DNA from: an uncultured Thermoleophilia bacterium | Lineage (GTDB): Bacteria > Actinomycetota > Thermoleophilia > UBA2241 | Length of the DNA stretch: 64,000 nucleotides | Reading direction: 5' to 3' | Assembly: GCA_963715985.1 (NCBI GenBank) | Contig: CAVQSP010000017.1 | Coordinates: 1 to 64,000 of the forward strand | Part shown: in pieces, positions 46,209 to 60,579 of the stretch | Position numbering within the stretch: position 1 is the stretch's first letter | How the letters are laid out: the number at the start of each line of letters is the position of its first letter | Made by a program: the position numbers and the translations under genes | Notes under the pieces: model-generated | What the model was told of the DNA's origin: nothing | Seen by the model: the letters and a program-made list of their open reading frames with translations, nothing else | Databases searched by the model: none

Positions 46209-46412
46209 GCACGCAGCGGGCGGCCGATCGGTGTGCTCTTACCGGGTCGGCTTGATCGAGGTGCGGGCCGTCCGCCGCGGCGCCATATCCCCGGTCCTCC
46301 GAGCGCACGCACTTGCCCGAGCTCGCGGCGCGCGCTACGCTCCGATGACCCCGGCGCGCACACGTGGCCGGCAGACCCGAACCGCGCTCGGTCCGCCGGC
46401 GGCGGACGCGCG

Positions 46413-47669
46413 ATGAGCCTCCTGGGTGAAGGGAAGACGGTGCAGGCCGGAGCCCGCAGCGATCTCGACGTCGCTACCGAACGCTTTGCCTTGGCCAAGG
46501 TCCTGGTCGCCAACCCGAACATGCTTCGCGTGAAGCCCGGGGCCGGCCTCTTCCTCGCCCGCTACATGCGCCGCTTCGAGGTCAAGCGGGTGGGACGCAA
46601 CCTGATCCTGCATTCGCACCTGCCGCCGCTCACCAGTGCGGCATACTCGCGCTTTGTCGCGGAGCATCTGGTGGCACGCGTGCCCGGCCCCTCGCACGCG
46701 CAAGTCGGGCTCACCAACGCGTGCCCCCAGGACTGCGAGTACTGCTACAACAAGCAGCGTGACGGCCGGCCGATGGACACGAGCACCATCCTGGGGGTCA
46801 TCGACGACCTCAAGAGGATGGGGGTCGTTTGGCTGGGATTCACGGGCGGAGAGCCCCTTCTGAACCCCGACATCGTCAAGATCACGGCGCACGCCGCAGG
46901 CGACTGCGCGGTCAAGCTCTTCACCACGGGGTGCGGGCTCACTCCCGAGCTGGCGCGGGAGCTGGCCGAGGCCGGCATGTTCTCCGTCGCCGTCAGCCTC
47001 GACCACTGGGAAGCGGCACGACATGATGCGGCGCGCCGCTACGCCGGCGCCTTCGAGACTGCCCTGCGCGCCATCGCGATGTTCAAGCGGGTGCCCGGTC
47101 TGCACGTGAGCGTGTCGGCCGTCGTGAGTCGCGAGATGATCCACAACGGCGACGTCGCGCGACTCCTCGCCTTCCTTCAGTCGCTCGCCGTCGACGAGGC
47201 CTGGCTCAGCGAAGTGAAGCCCTCCATCGAGGCACTGTGGCGCGACGAGCTGGTGATCACCGAGGAGGAGCGGCTGCTGCTGGCCGCGATGCAGGACGCC
47301 TACAACCGTCGCGGCGGCATGACCGTGAACTACCTCGGCCACTTCGAAGGGGCCGAGACGTTCGGCTGCAACGCCGGCTGCAAGATGGTGTACGTCGACG
47401 CCTTCGGTGACGTCAGCCCCTGCGTGTTCCTGCCCATGGTGTTCGGCAACGTGCGTGAACGTCCGCTCGCCGACCTCGTGGGCGAGATGCGCGCCTCGTT
47501 CCCGGGCGAAGCCCGCTGCTTCATGAACAAGAACTTCCGCCACCTGGGCCAGGCCGGTGGCACGCTGCCACTCGATGGCGAGCGCTCTCGCGCGGTGCTC
47601 CGAGGTGTCACGTTCGGGTCGCCGTCGGCGTTCAACCAGAGGCTGTTCGGTGCTCGGAGCGGGTCATAG
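46413..47669 (+). CDS. Radical SAM protein with SPASM/twitch-like C-terminus
   Basis: CPQDCEYC, FTGGEPLL, GCNAGCKMVYVDAFGDVSPC. Confidence 0.9.
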   Translation: MSLLGEGKTVQAGARSDLDVATERFALAKVLVANPNMLRVKPGAGLFLARYMRRFEVKRVGRNLILHSHLPPLTSAAYSRFVAEHLVARVPGPSHAQVGLTNACPQDCEYCYNKQRDGRPMDTSTILGVIDDLKRMGVVWLGFTGGEPLLNPDIVKITAHAAGDCAVKLFTTGCGLTPELARELAEAGMFSVAVSLDHWEAARHDAARRYAGAFETALRAIAMFKRVPGLHVSVSAVVSREMIHNGDVARLLAFLQSLAVDEAWLSEVKPSIEALWRDELVITEEERLLLAAMQDAYNRRGGMTVNYLGHFEGAETFGCNAGCKMVYVDAFGDVSPCVFLPMVFGNVRERPLADLVGEMRASFPGEARCFMNKNFRHLGQAGGTLPLDGERSRAVLRGVTFGSPSAFNQRLFGARSGS

Positions 47670-47687
47670 ACGTGCTGGGCGAGGATC

Positions 47688-48108
47688 GTTGACCCGGCTT
47701 CGGCTCGTGCGGGTCTCCGGGGCCGGCCTCGCGGTCACGTTCGCGGTGGTGGGCGTGCTCTTCCTGCTCATCCCTACGGGCGTGCTTGCCGCCTTCAACT
47801 GGCTGGCCCGTCAGTTGGGCTGGCCGGAGACGACGACCGAGCCGTACACGCTCTATCTCGCCTTGGCGCTCGCCTACATGTACGTGGTCACGGTGCTGGC
47901 CCTGCAGATGGCGCGCCATCCTGCGGAGCGCATCTATCCGTGGGTGCTCGTGCAGGCTAAGGCCGCCAGCGCACTGATCTGCATCGGTCTCTTCGCGCTG
48001 CAGGCGCACTATGTGATCTACCTCGCCAACTTCCTCGTCGACGGCGCGATCGCGGCGTTTGTGTGGTGGCTGTGCCTCAGAGGAGAGGCCGTCGAGGAAG
48101 TGTCGTGA
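47688..48108 (+). CDS. Four-TM hypothetical membrane protein
   Basis: Hydrophobic helices; within the radical SAM operon; start approximate. Confidence 0.65.
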
Positions 48109-48112
48109 CGCG

Positions 48113-48664
48113 ATGACGCTTCGCCTGGCTCTGGTCAAGCACGTCGCGCCCGAGCGCCTCAAGATGAGCTTGCTCGATGAGCTGGCGCTCGTCACCGCCG
48201 ATGGCTTCGGCTGTGCGCGGCCGCCGTGGACGGGCGAACGGTTCCAGGCGCGTCTGAGTGAGTACGCAAGGTTCACCGCGACAACTGCGGAGGACCTGTT
48301 GGCGGAGCACGACGCGGCCGCCATGGACGCCGTCAGGCAGCGACTGCGGAGAGGCGCTGCGCGACTCGGCGGCAAGCTGCGGCGGCAGCTGGGAGTGCGT
48401 AGTCACGACGACGCCGTCGACGCGCTGGCCGTGCTCTACCACCATCTCGGCATAGAGATGAAGGCGGGCCGCCCCGGCGAGATCGTCGTCACCAGGTGCC
48501 GGTTCTCCGGCGCCTTCAGCGAGGCTGTCTGTCGCCTGGTGGCCGGGCTCGACGAGGGCATGGCTGCCGGCCTCTCCGGCGGCGGCAGGCTCGAGTTCGT
48601 CGAGCGCATCTCGGCCGGCAGCCCGTGCTGCCGAGCGCGCTTCCTGCCTGCCGGCCGGCCGTGA
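48113..48664 (+). CDS. ATC-hydrolase/V4R-like Cys-containing protein
   Basis: VTRCRFS...VCRLVAGLDEG...RISAGSPCC pattern. Confidence 0.55.
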   Translation: MTLRLALVKHVAPERLKMSLLDELALVTADGFGCARPPWTGERFQARLSEYARFTATTAEDLLAEHDAAAMDAVRQRLRRGAARLGGKLRRQLGVRSHDDAVDALAVLYHHLGIEMKAGRPGEIVVTRCRFSGAFSEAVCRLVAGLDEGMAAGLSGGGRLEFVERISAGSPCCRARFLPAGRP

Positions 48665-49965
48665 AGACCGCGATCGTCGTCGGCAGCGGAGCCGGCGGAG
48701 CCACGGCGGCCCGCGAACTGCAGGGTGCTTTCGACGTGACGGTCGTGGAGGAAGGCCCCGAGTTCCGCCCGTTCGAGCGCGACCTGGCTCGCCTCGAACG
48801 CCTGCGCGCCACACGGCTGTTTCTCGACGAGCGCATGATCCGCCTGCTCTTCCCCGCGATGCACGTGACTATGGCGGCGGATCACATGAGCCTCGTCACC
48901 GGCGTCGCCACCGGCGGCACGACGACGCTGGCCACCGGCAACGCGCTGCGCTGTGACGAAGCGCTTCGCGATCTCGGCATCGATCTCGACGCCGAGTTCG
49001 CGGAGTTGCAGGCGGAGTTACCGATCTCCACGGCGCACGAGGGCCGCTGGCGCCCCGCGACCAGGGATCTGTTCGCGGCCTGCGAAGCGCTCGGTCTCGG
49101 GCCTCAGGTGACGCCCAAGCTGGTCGACTACGGCCGTTGCAGGCGCTGCGGGCGATGTGTGCTCGGCTGTCCGAGCGGGGCCAAATGGGACAGCCGAGCG
49201 CTGCTGTCGCAAGCCGTAGCCGGAGGCGCGCACCTCGTCACGCGCTCGCGAGTGGAGCGTCTTGCCGTAGCGCCCGGCGCACCGGGTCGGTCGCGCGTGA
49301 CGGGCGTGTACGTGCGTCGGCGTGGCAAGAAGGAGTTGCTGCCGGCTGACCTCGTGGTCCTCGCGGCCGGGGGACTCGGCACTCCCGCGATCCTGGAGCG
49401 TTCGGGCATTCGCACCGAGAACCGCTTGTTCGTCGATCCGGTCCTCTGCGTCGCCGCGGCTCTCCCCGAGAGTGGTCTCGATCGCGAGTTCCCCATGCCG
49501 TTCTACATCGAGCGGGACGGCTACATCGTCTCGCCGTACTTCGACTACCTGAGCTTCTTCTTCGACCGCCGCTGGATGCGACCCGGCCGCGACATCGTGT
49601 CTCTCATGATCAAGCTCGCCGACACCGAGCTCGGCGTTGTCGACGGTGGTGGTGTGCACAAGGGTCTCACGGCCGGCGACCGCTTGCGTCTCCGCGAGGC
49701 CGGCGGACTCTGCACGGAGATCCTCGGGCGGCTTGGGGTGCAGCCCCGCGACGTGTTCCTCGGGTCTCTGAACGCGGGACACCCCGGCGGGACGCTACCG
49801 TTGACCGGCGAGGAGCGGGATGCTCTTCACGACGACCGCCTTCCGGCCAACCTGTACGTGGCCGACTCCTCACTGCTGCCGCGGTCGCTCGGCAGGCCGC
49901 CGATGCTCACGATCATGGCGCTCTCGCGCCGTGTAGGGCGCATGTGCCGCGAGCGCTTCGGCTGA
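48661..49965 (+). CDS. GMC-family FAD oxidoreductase with a 4Fe-4S motif
   Basis: IVVGSGAGGATAA, GGTTTL, CRRCGRCVLGCP, VVLAAGGLGTPAIL, HPGGT, LYVADSSLLP, PPMLTIMAL. Confidence 0.85.
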   Translation: MKTAIVVGSGAGGATAARELQGAFDVTVVEEGPEFRPFERDLARLERLRATRLFLDERMIRLLFPAMHVTMAADHMSLVTGVATGGTTTLATGNALRCDEALRDLGIDLDAEFAELQAELPISTAHEGRWRPATRDLFAACEALGLGPQVTPKLVDYGRCRRCGRCVLGCPSGAKWDSRALLSQAVAGGAHLVTRSRVERLAVAPGAPGRSRVTGVYVRRRGKKELLPADLVVLAAGGLGTPAILERSGIRTENRLFVDPVLCVAAALPESGLDREFPMPFYIERDGYIVSPYFDYLSFFFDRRWMRPGRDIVSLMIKLADTELGVVDGGGVHKGLTAGDRLRLREAGGLCTEILGRLGVQPRDVFLGSLNAGHPGGTLPLTGEERDALHDDRLPANLYVADSSLLPRSLGRPPMLTIMALSRRVGRMCRERFG

Positions 49966-50072
49966 GCTGTGACTGTTGTCGTGCGCGACCCGAGCTACGC
50001 CCGGGCTGTGTGAAGCCGGGTCTCGCGCGCGACACCCGCTGTGCGCAGCGGTCTTACGGCCGGCCGGGCGCG

Positions 50073-50615
50073 TCAGTGCCCGTCAAGCGCGGCCTTCGCC
50101 GCGGCGCGGCGCAGGCCGTCACGGCGCCTGACGAGCGCCTCGCGATGCCATCTGATGCCGCAATCCTCGTCGTCTACGAGGCCGAGGTAGGTCGCAGACT
50201 CGATCTCCTCGAGGGCCTCGTCCATCCGGCCGTCGCTCCGCAGAACGAGGCTGAGGCGGTCGAAGGCACGCTGCAGGTCGCTCCGCACGTCCTGGCTGTC
50301 CAGCGGGATCTCGCTCGACTCCAGAAGCTCGAGGATGGTCTGGCGATAGAGCGCGATGGCGTGGGGCGCGTCGGTCTTCTCGCAACGACGTGCCTCTGAC
50401 TCATGGCGGGCGGCGGCGCCGACCCCGCGCGATGGCTCCGCACGTGGCGAACGCACCTCCTGGGGAGACACTACGACTGCCTGCTCGCTCTCGACCGACG
50501 CCGGTGGGGCCGCGGTCGTCGGCGAGGCTTCCCATGGGCGGGCGACGGTGCCGCAGACCGTGCAGAACGTCGCCGTGTCGCCCATCGAAAGGCCGCACTG
50601 TCGGCATGCTCTCAT
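50073..50615 (-). CDS. Zinc-ribbon protein with helical (TPR-like) C-terminus
   Basis: CRQCG...FCTVCG; AIALYRQ..., RLSLVLRSDGRMDEALEEIE. Confidence 0.65.
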   Translation of the reverse strand: MRACRQCGLSMGDTATFCTVCGTVARPWEASPTTAAPPASVESEQAVVVSPQEVRSPRAEPSRGVGAAARHESEARRCEKTDAPHAIALYRQTILELLESSEIPLDSQDVRSDLQRAFDRLSLVLRSDGRMDEALEEIESATYLGLVDDEDCGIRWHREALVRRRDGLRRAAAKAALDGH

Positions 50616-50824
50616 GGTTGCTCCTGTGGTCACCCTGCCAGTATCGGCACGAAATCGAAAATGAAAAGCACGAACGCCTGGGCGAGGCTGAAGCCGAGCC
50701 GTCCTCCGGCCGCCGCAGCCTCCTTCCGCGTGCACGCGTGCAGACGTCGTCGCCGGGGAGAACTGAGGGTGGTTACAGCGATCGAAGCGGGTCCTTGCCT
50801 CTTCTTCCTCCACTCAGCTGCTGC

Positions 50825-51313
50825 GTGACGCAGGACAGCTCTCGTCAGTCGACAGGGAGGAAGAAGTGGTCTCCCGTGGCTGCCGCGCACCGACTTCGCC
50901 TCTCCGTACCCTCCGAGGCATCCCGGCTGCCGGCGGTGCGCCGTCAGGTGACGCTCTTCTTGCGCCTCCACGGAGTCCATGTGGAGGCGATCGATGACGT
51001 CGTGATCTGCGTGCACGAGGCCTGCGCCAACGCCGTGCACCACAGCAAGAGCCGCGCCGACGTCGTCATCGAGATGGCTCTCGACGCGAGGAGCGTCGAG
51101 GTCGTCGTCAGCGACAGCGGTTGCGGCCTCGATCTGGAGCAGTGCGACCCGCTGCGCGTGCCGGAGCTCCTCCGCCTGCGTGGTCGGGGCCTGTACCTGA
51201 TGGCCAAGCTCATGGACGAGTTCGAGATCAGCATCGACGGTGGCACCGAGATCCGCATGCGCAAGCGCCTGCCGCGCAGTGACGCGCGCGAGGGCTCGCC
51301 GGCAGACGCCTGA
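50825..51313 (+). CDS. RsbW-like anti-sigma factor / HATPase_c Ser/Thr kinase
   Basis: VHEACANAVHH, VSDSGCG, GRGLYLMAKLMD, GTEIRMRK. Confidence 0.85.
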   Translation: MTQDSSRQSTGRKKWSPVAAAHRLRLSVPSEASRLPAVRRQVTLFLRLHGVHVEAIDDVVICVHEACANAVHHSKSRADVVIEMALDARSVEVVVSDSGCGLDLEQCDPLRVPELLRLRGRGLYLMAKLMDEFEISIDGGTEIRMRKRLPRSDAREGSPADA

Positions 51314-51365
51314 ACGAGCGAGCGGACATCGCAGGCTCGTGGTGTCCGGCGCGCCAGAACACCCC

Positions 51366-52628
51366 TCAGGCCGCGTGCACCTCATCGTGCGGCTGCGCGG
51401 CGGGCTCCGTCGGCTTCGCCTTCTCCGCCCGCCTCGCCACCGCGAGGAGCGGGACCCCCACTGCTTGCGTGAGGCCGCCGACCAGCCATGCGGCCGGGAT
51501 CGAGACGGCCTGGGAGAGCCAGCCCAATCCGACCTGGCCCACGGTCGAACCTGCGTCGCCGAACAGCGCGTCCAGGGAGATGATCGTGGCGCGCTCCTCC
51601 GACGGGATGTGCGCGTTGAGCCATCCCTGCTTCACCGGCATCGCGATCCCGAACGCCGCGGTCGAGAGCAGGTAGAGCGGCACCGCGATCCAGAACTGCT
51701 GCACGAGCGCGGCGCCGATGATCGCCGCCGTCGAGACACCGGTACAGACCATGAGGATCAGCCCGCGATCGGAGACCCGTCTGGTGAGGGGTCCGACCAG
51801 GGCGTTGCCGAGGATCTGCGTCAGCCCGACCAGCGCGGCGATGACCCCGGTCACCCACACGAGGTCCTGCCCGAGCAGGTCGAGGAAGTACTTCTGCCAC
51901 GAGTAGAAGCCGTACATGAAGAAGACGCTCTGCACCAGCGTCGCCAGCATGATGAAGCGCACCACGCGGTCGCGCAGGCCATACGTGACGCCCGCCGTGG
52001 CGATGCGGCGCGTCTCGTGAGCGAAGCTCCCGAGCGTGAGCTCTCGGCCTGCGAACCCCAGATCGCGCATCACCAGCAGACCGAGAAGGAAGGCGGGGAC
52101 GAGGACGGCGGCCCGCGCCGCGTACAGGATCCAGAGGTCGATCTGCCCCAGGAAGCCGCCCACGGTGGTGCCGACGAGCATGAAGGCGCCGAAGACCATG
52201 CCGTAGCGGGCGAAGATGGGCTCGAGCTTGCCCGGATAGTCGACCGACTGCAGGGCGTCGACCATCCACGCGTCCACGGCGCCGGTGTAGAAGGTGTAGC
52301 CGATGCCGAGCAGGGCCGAGGCGACGGCGAACGGCCCGACTCCCAGGCCGGCCAGTCCGAACCACATGTACAGGAGCGTCGAGAGGAAGATGATGCCGAC
52401 GGCGAGCAGGTACGACACGCGACGCCCCAGCGTGTCCGCGACCACCCCGGTCGGCACCTCGAAGAACGCCTGCGTGACGGTGTAGGCGGCGTTCACGAGC
52501 ATGACCTGGAAGATGTCGAGGCCGACGGACAGCAGGAAGAGGGTGTTGATGCCCCAGATCAGCGACTGCGCCAGCGTCGTGCTGGCGGCGATGCCGAGGT
52601 AGGTACGGATGATGCGGCGTGCGGTCAT
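51366..52628 (-). CDS. MFS transporter
   Basis: LIWGINTLFLL, FEVPTGVVADTLGRR, GAVDAWMVDAL, RATIISLD. Confidence 0.9.
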   Translation of the reverse strand: MTARRIIRTYLGIAASTTLAQSLIWGINTLFLLSVGLDIFQVMLVNAAYTVTQAFFEVPTGVVADTLGRRVSYLLAVGIIFLSTLLYMWFGLAGLGVGPFAVASALLGIGYTFYTGAVDAWMVDALQSVDYPGKLEPIFARYGMVFGAFMLVGTTVGGFLGQIDLWILYAARAAVLVPAFLLGLLVMRDLGFAGRELTLGSFAHETRRIATAGVTYGLRDRVVRFIMLATLVQSVFFMYGFYSWQKYFLDLLGQDLVWVTGVIAALVGLTQILGNALVGPLTRRVSDRGLILMVCTGVSTAAIIGAALVQQFWIAVPLYLLSTAAFGIAMPVKQGWLNAHIPSEERATIISLDALFGDAGSTVGQVGLGWLSQAVSIPAAWLVGGLTQAVGVPLLAVARRAEKAKPTEPAAQPHDEVHAA

Positions 52629-52774
52629 GGTCTGGTGTTCCCGCACGCCCCCGAACCCTACCGGCGCGCACACAGGCATCACCAACGCGCAGTAAGGGAA
52701 CAAAGGCCTACCGGTACCGGGCAGGGCCTCGCCGGCCGCCGGGGAGCGTAGCCATGGCCAGGCGGGAGGTGTCC

Positions 52775-56403
<3,629 letters not shown>

Positions 56404-56407
<4 letters not shown>

Positions 56408-57414
56408 GCCGGCTGGCCACGACCTACCTCGGCCTCGAGTTGCGCAGCCCGCTCGTGGCCTCCGCGAGTCCGTTCACCCGGCAACCGGAGAGCGCCCTGC
56501 GGCTGCAGGAGGCAGGCGCCGCCGCCGTCGTCCTGCCGTCGCTCTTCGAGGAAGAGGTCGTGAGCGAGGAGCTCGAGCTCAGCCGGGCGCTCGAGCAGGG
56601 CGCCGAGAACTTCGCCGAGGCGCTCGACTACTTCCCGGCGGTGGACGCCTTCGAGAGCACCGCCGACCGCTACCTCGCGAACATCGGCAAGACGAAGGAG
56701 CGGCTGGACGTGCCCGTCATCGCCAGCCTCAACGCGACCTCGAGCGGCGGCTGGGTGCGCTACGCGAGGCTGATCGAAGAAGCCGGAGCCGACGCGCTGG
56801 AGCTGAATCTCTACAGGCTCGCGGCCGACCCCGCGCGTTCCGGGACGGCGATGGAGGCCGGCGACCTCGAGGTGATCCGGCGTGTGAGGGAGTCGACCGG
56901 ACTGCCGCTCGCGGTGAAGATCTCGCCCTACTACTCGGCCCTGGCCAACTTCGCCCTCGGCGTGGCGGACGCGGGGGCGGACGGACTCGTGCTCTTCAAC
57001 CGCTTCTACCAGCCGGACCTCGACGCCGATGCTCGCGAAGTCGTGCCGCGGCTCGAGCTCAGCCAGCCGTGGGAGCTGCGGCTGCCGCTGCGCTGGATCG
57101 CCATCCTGCGCTCGCACCTCGCCGGACGCGCCTCCCTCGCCGCGTCGAGCGGTGTCGGCACCGGCATCGACGCGGCCAAGGCGCTGCTGGTGGGCGCCGA
57201 CGTGGCGATGATGACGTCGGCCGTCCTCCGCCACGGGCGCGAGCATTTCTCGACGGTGGAGAATGAGCTCGTGCAGTGGATGGACGCCAACGAGTACGCC
57301 TCGGTCGAGGAGCTCCGCGGCAGCGTGAGCTATGCCGCCAGCGACGACCCGTCGGCCTTCGAGCGCGCCAACTACCTCAAGACGCTGCACTCCTGGAACC
57401 CGACGCAAGCATGA
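56404..57414 (+). CDS. Dihydroorotate dehydrogenase-like flavoprotein (PFOR-associated)
   Basis: TYLGLELRSPLVASASP, SLFEEE, IASLN, ALELN, VKISPY, LFNRFYQPD, FERANY. Confidence 0.9.
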
Positions 57415-57699
57415 CGGCTCGTTCAGCTGCCGACCCCTGGGCTCGCCCGCCTCGCCGGCACCACGCACGGCGTCACGTGGCAGCAGCCGCTGCTCTGAGT
57501 TCGGCCCGCTTGGCGGCGTCATCCGCGCAGCCGGCCGACCGGGCGTCCTCGGTCGGGCGGCCGCCCCAACGCTCGGGACCCCCCCGGTCCAAGCCTGGAC
57601 CGTTGTCACACGGGACTCCTGAGACGCGCAGGCGGGCACACCGGCGGCGAGGCGATGACGAACGTCGGCAACCGCTCACGCTGAGGGTCGTGGATGGGA

Positions 57700-57890
57700 T
57701 CAGTCCCGGCGTCTACGCCCGCCCGCATGGCACGTGATGCAGTCCGTGAGCCGGGAGAGCGACAGACTTGCCGTCGTGCTCGGACTGCACGCCGGCTGGT
57801 GTGTGGGCGTGACAGCCGAGGCAGGCGGAGGTGCTGGTGCCGTCGGGGTGACACGTCTGGCAGGTGGCCTTACGCTGATCGTTGTCGTGA
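57700..57890 (-). pseudogene. Multiheme c-type cytochrome C-terminal fragment
   Basis: CQTCH, CLGCH and, after a frameshift, CITCH; no N-terminal part. Confidence 0.6.
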
Positions 57891-57996
57891 CGACCCCCCA
57901 CCGACGGCGTCACCAAGGTGCGGGGCGCGTGGGGATGCTGTCCTATAGATCTCGCACCCGGCTCGCGTGAGGCGGTCGGGCGATCAAGGAGAGGAC

Positions 57997-58335
57997 ATGG
58001 CGCTTCTCAAGGCAGCCGTTGAGGCGGACGTCCCGATCCGGTTCGCCGACGAGGTGTGGAGCGAGTTCATCCGGCGCTCCACGTACGGAAGCTACGCCAA
58101 GGGTTTTGCCGATGTGGCCGCGGCGCTGTCCGAGATCGACGCCGAGGACGGGACAGTGACGTTCGAGACCGCGACTGACCGGCTGGTCAGGGTCTCGGTC
58201 GAGCTCGAGTACGTACCCCGCGCCGGCGGTGGCGCCGCCGCGGAGATCGCCCGGGCACAGACGGTCCTGGAGCACGACCTCGAGAACTACCGCGTCTTCC
58301 TCATGCGGCGATGGGACCAGGAGACCTCTCGGTAG
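57997..58335 (+). CDS. Small hypothetical protein (cyclase/SRPBCC-like)
   Basis: GGAGAGG RBS; AVEADVPIRFADEVWSEF...RVSVELEY...LEHDLENYRVF. Confidence 0.6.
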   Translation: MALLKAAVEADVPIRFADEVWSEFIRRSTYGSYAKGFADVAAALSEIDAEDGTVTFETATDRLVRVSVELEYVPRAGGGAAAEIARAQTVLEHDLENYRVFLMRRWDQETSR

Positions 58336-58947
58336 ACCCGGACGATCACCGACCTGCCACGCTGGGCGTCACGGTTCGGCGACCGTCTGAGTGGGTGCGG
58401 GTCGCTGTCTGGTCTGGAGCCGCAGTCGGCGCTGAATGGTGGACCCGAGCGCAGGCGCGTCTACACTCGCGCCCGGCGATGCGCGCGCGGGGCCTTGGCG
58501 GTGACCTGCGGCAGGGCCATCGGGCGCCGCGCGCCAGACTCGCAGTGATGAGCCAGAGCGGCGCGACGACCGCCAGGCCGGCGATGCCGCCACCGATGAT
58601 GGCGGCCGACTTGCCCATCCGGCCCGTTTCGTTCGCGCTCATGAGTCCCCCTCGATGATCCCGTCTCCGCGTGGCGGCGCCGCGCGATGGAGTCATCACG
58701 GACGACCCTCCGAGGGCATCATTGCGCTCGGGCCGGCGTCGTCTCGCGGCCGACTCTGCCCAAGCCGTGTGAGCATCCGGTCACCTCCGTCGGCCCCAAT
58801 CCGTCCGGGCGACTGCGGTCACATCGGCACATCGCCCGCAACGAGGCTGGCGGCTGCCTCCGAAGAGGGGTGGGCAGGCTGGTCAGGCATGCCGTCTCCT
58901 CAGACCCGTGGCGAGATGTCTGCCTGCACCGCGTCAGACCCGCGCGG

Positions 58948-59685
58948 TCACTCTGCCGTGCCGGCCGCCATGGCGCGGAAGATCGGCCAGACTTCCGCAA
59001 ACGCCTCGTCGGCGCGTTGCTCGATCTCGGCGACGCGCCGACGCATCTCCGTGACTCCGGAGTCCTCGTTCAGGTACTTGAGATTGACCGCGACATCGAC
59101 GTCTCCGCCGCGCACGCCGGTCATGGCCGTCTGCACGGCGACGGCAAGCTCGCTCGCGGCGGCGGCGTTGAAGCCGGCGCTGAGCGCGCGCGCCAGCTCG
59201 AGGACTTCGAGACAGGCCTGCGCGGCGGCAAGCGGCACGTGCGCCGCCCTCAGTCTGGCCGCGGCGATGGCGGCATCGCGCGCCGCGATCTGCTCCGCGG
59301 TATCCTTGGGCAGATGGTGGGCCTCGGCGACGGCGAGATAGGCGTCGGTGTCGGCGTCGACGGCCCTGAGTAGCCTCGCCCTCAGCATCTCGGCGGCAAC
59401 ACAGGTGGACTCCAGCTCCTGCCCGGCGCCCACGACGCCGACCTTGGCGACCGTCAGCCGGCACACCATGCCGACGAGCGCGGCGGCCATCGCGCCCGAG
59501 TAGGCGGCGACGCTTCCGCCTCCGGCTCGCGGCAGTGGTTCCCCGACCTGGTCCGCGAAATCGCTCAGCGTGAGGTCGACCAGTCTCGCCTCGGCAAGGT
59601 CCGCCGCCGGCTCGGCCGTAGGATCCAGCCGGTCCGCAGCGATCTCGTCTCTGTCCGCTCTGACTCCGCGCATCATGGGCTCCAT
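58948..59685 (-). CDS. Formiminotetrahydrofolate cyclodeaminase/cyclohydrolase family (FTCD_C)
   Basis: GGGSVAAYSGAMAAALVGMVCRLT, VDADTDAY, LPKDT, VAVNL; start may lie downstream. Confidence 0.85.
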   Translation of the reverse strand: MEPMMRGVRADRDEIAADRLDPTAEPAADLAEARLVDLTLSDFADQVGEPLPRAGGGSVAAYSGAMAAALVGMVCRLTVAKVGVVGAGQELESTCVAAEMLRARLLRAVDADTDAYLAVAEAHHLPKDTAEQIAARDAAIAAARLRAAHVPLAAAQACLEVLELARALSAGFNAAAASELAVAVQTAMTGVRGGDVDVAVNLKYLNEDSGVTEMRRRVAEIEQRADEAFAEVWPIFRAMAAGTAE

Positions 59686-59687
59686 GC

Positions 59688-59960
59688 TCAGCGCACATCG
59701 CGCGTGGTGCCGTCAACCGAGTATGTACCCGCGCGGGAGATGATCGCCTCACACCTGGTCGGCGGCCACAAACGTGTGCAGCTGCCGGCCTCGGCAGCGG
59801 GTGCGGGGTCGGAGCGAAGGATCGCGTGGCTCGCGGGCCCTGGAAGGGCCGCGGGCGCGTCCACGTCGTGCGAGGCCGAGGAGTGGAGCATCGTGGCGCC
59901 GATCGTCGGATGCGCGAGCTCCAGCACCTCAGGCGGAAGCGGCAGCAACGGCGGCGGCAT
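59688..59960 (-). CDS. Small hypothetical protein
   Basis: ATG between Hsp20 and the cyclodeaminase on the same strand; no recognisable motif. Confidence 0.35.
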   Translation of the reverse strand: MPPPLLPLPPEVLELAHPTIGATMLHSSASHDVDAPAALPGPASHAILRSDPAPAAEAGSCTRLWPPTRCEAIISRAGTYSVDGTTRDVR

Positions 59961-60033
59961 GGGTGGGGGGCAGCTCCGGACGGGACGCCTCTGGGTCGAT
60001 CGGCGAACGCGTCTCCTCGAGCGCGCGGCTCCG

Positions 60034-60483
60034 TCAGGTCGCTTGTCCAGTGTCGATCGCGCTGCGCTCGCCCTTCGCCTTGAGCTCGATCCGCTGCGGT
60101 TCGACCTCTGCGGCCTTGGGCACGCGCACTTCGACCACGCCGTCTTCGTAGGTCGCCTCGATGTCGTCGCGCTTCACGCTGCGGGGCAATGAGATGCTGC
60201 GCTGGAACGCGCCGTAGTGCCACTCCGTGCTCTGGTACTGCTCCGTGTCGAGCGTCTCGTCCTGGTGCCGCTCGCCCTTGATCGTGAGCACATCGTCTTC
60301 GAGCTCGACGTGCACGTCCTCAAGCTTCATGCCGGCCAGCTCCACCTTCAGCACGTAGGCTGCGGGCGTGTCGATGATGTCGACCGCCGGCATCCAGCTG
60401 CGCTCGATGGCCGAGCCGAACATGCGGTAGAGACGCTGAAGGCTCGCAGCATCCTGGTACGGTTCCCACCTGACGACTGGCAT
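60034..60483 (-). CDS. Hsp20/alpha-crystallin small heat-shock protein
   Basis: AAGGAGG RBS; WMPAVDI, ELAGMK, LTIKGER, YGAFQRSISLP, ATYEDGVVEVRVPK. Confidence 0.95.
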   Translation of the reverse strand: MPVVRWEPYQDAASLQRLYRMFGSAIERSWMPAVDIIDTPAAYVLKVELAGMKLEDVHVELEDDVLTIKGERHQDETLDTEQYQSTEWHYGAFQRSISLPRSVKRDDIEATYEDGVVEVRVPKAAEVEPQRIELKAKGERSAIDTGQAT

Positions 60484-60579
60484 GTCAGATCCTCCTTCTC
60501 GTTTCACTTTCGCGTGTGCGTTGTCGCGACGGTCCTTGCCTCATGCAAGGGCGCGCCGAGTCCGGACTGAGACCGATCC

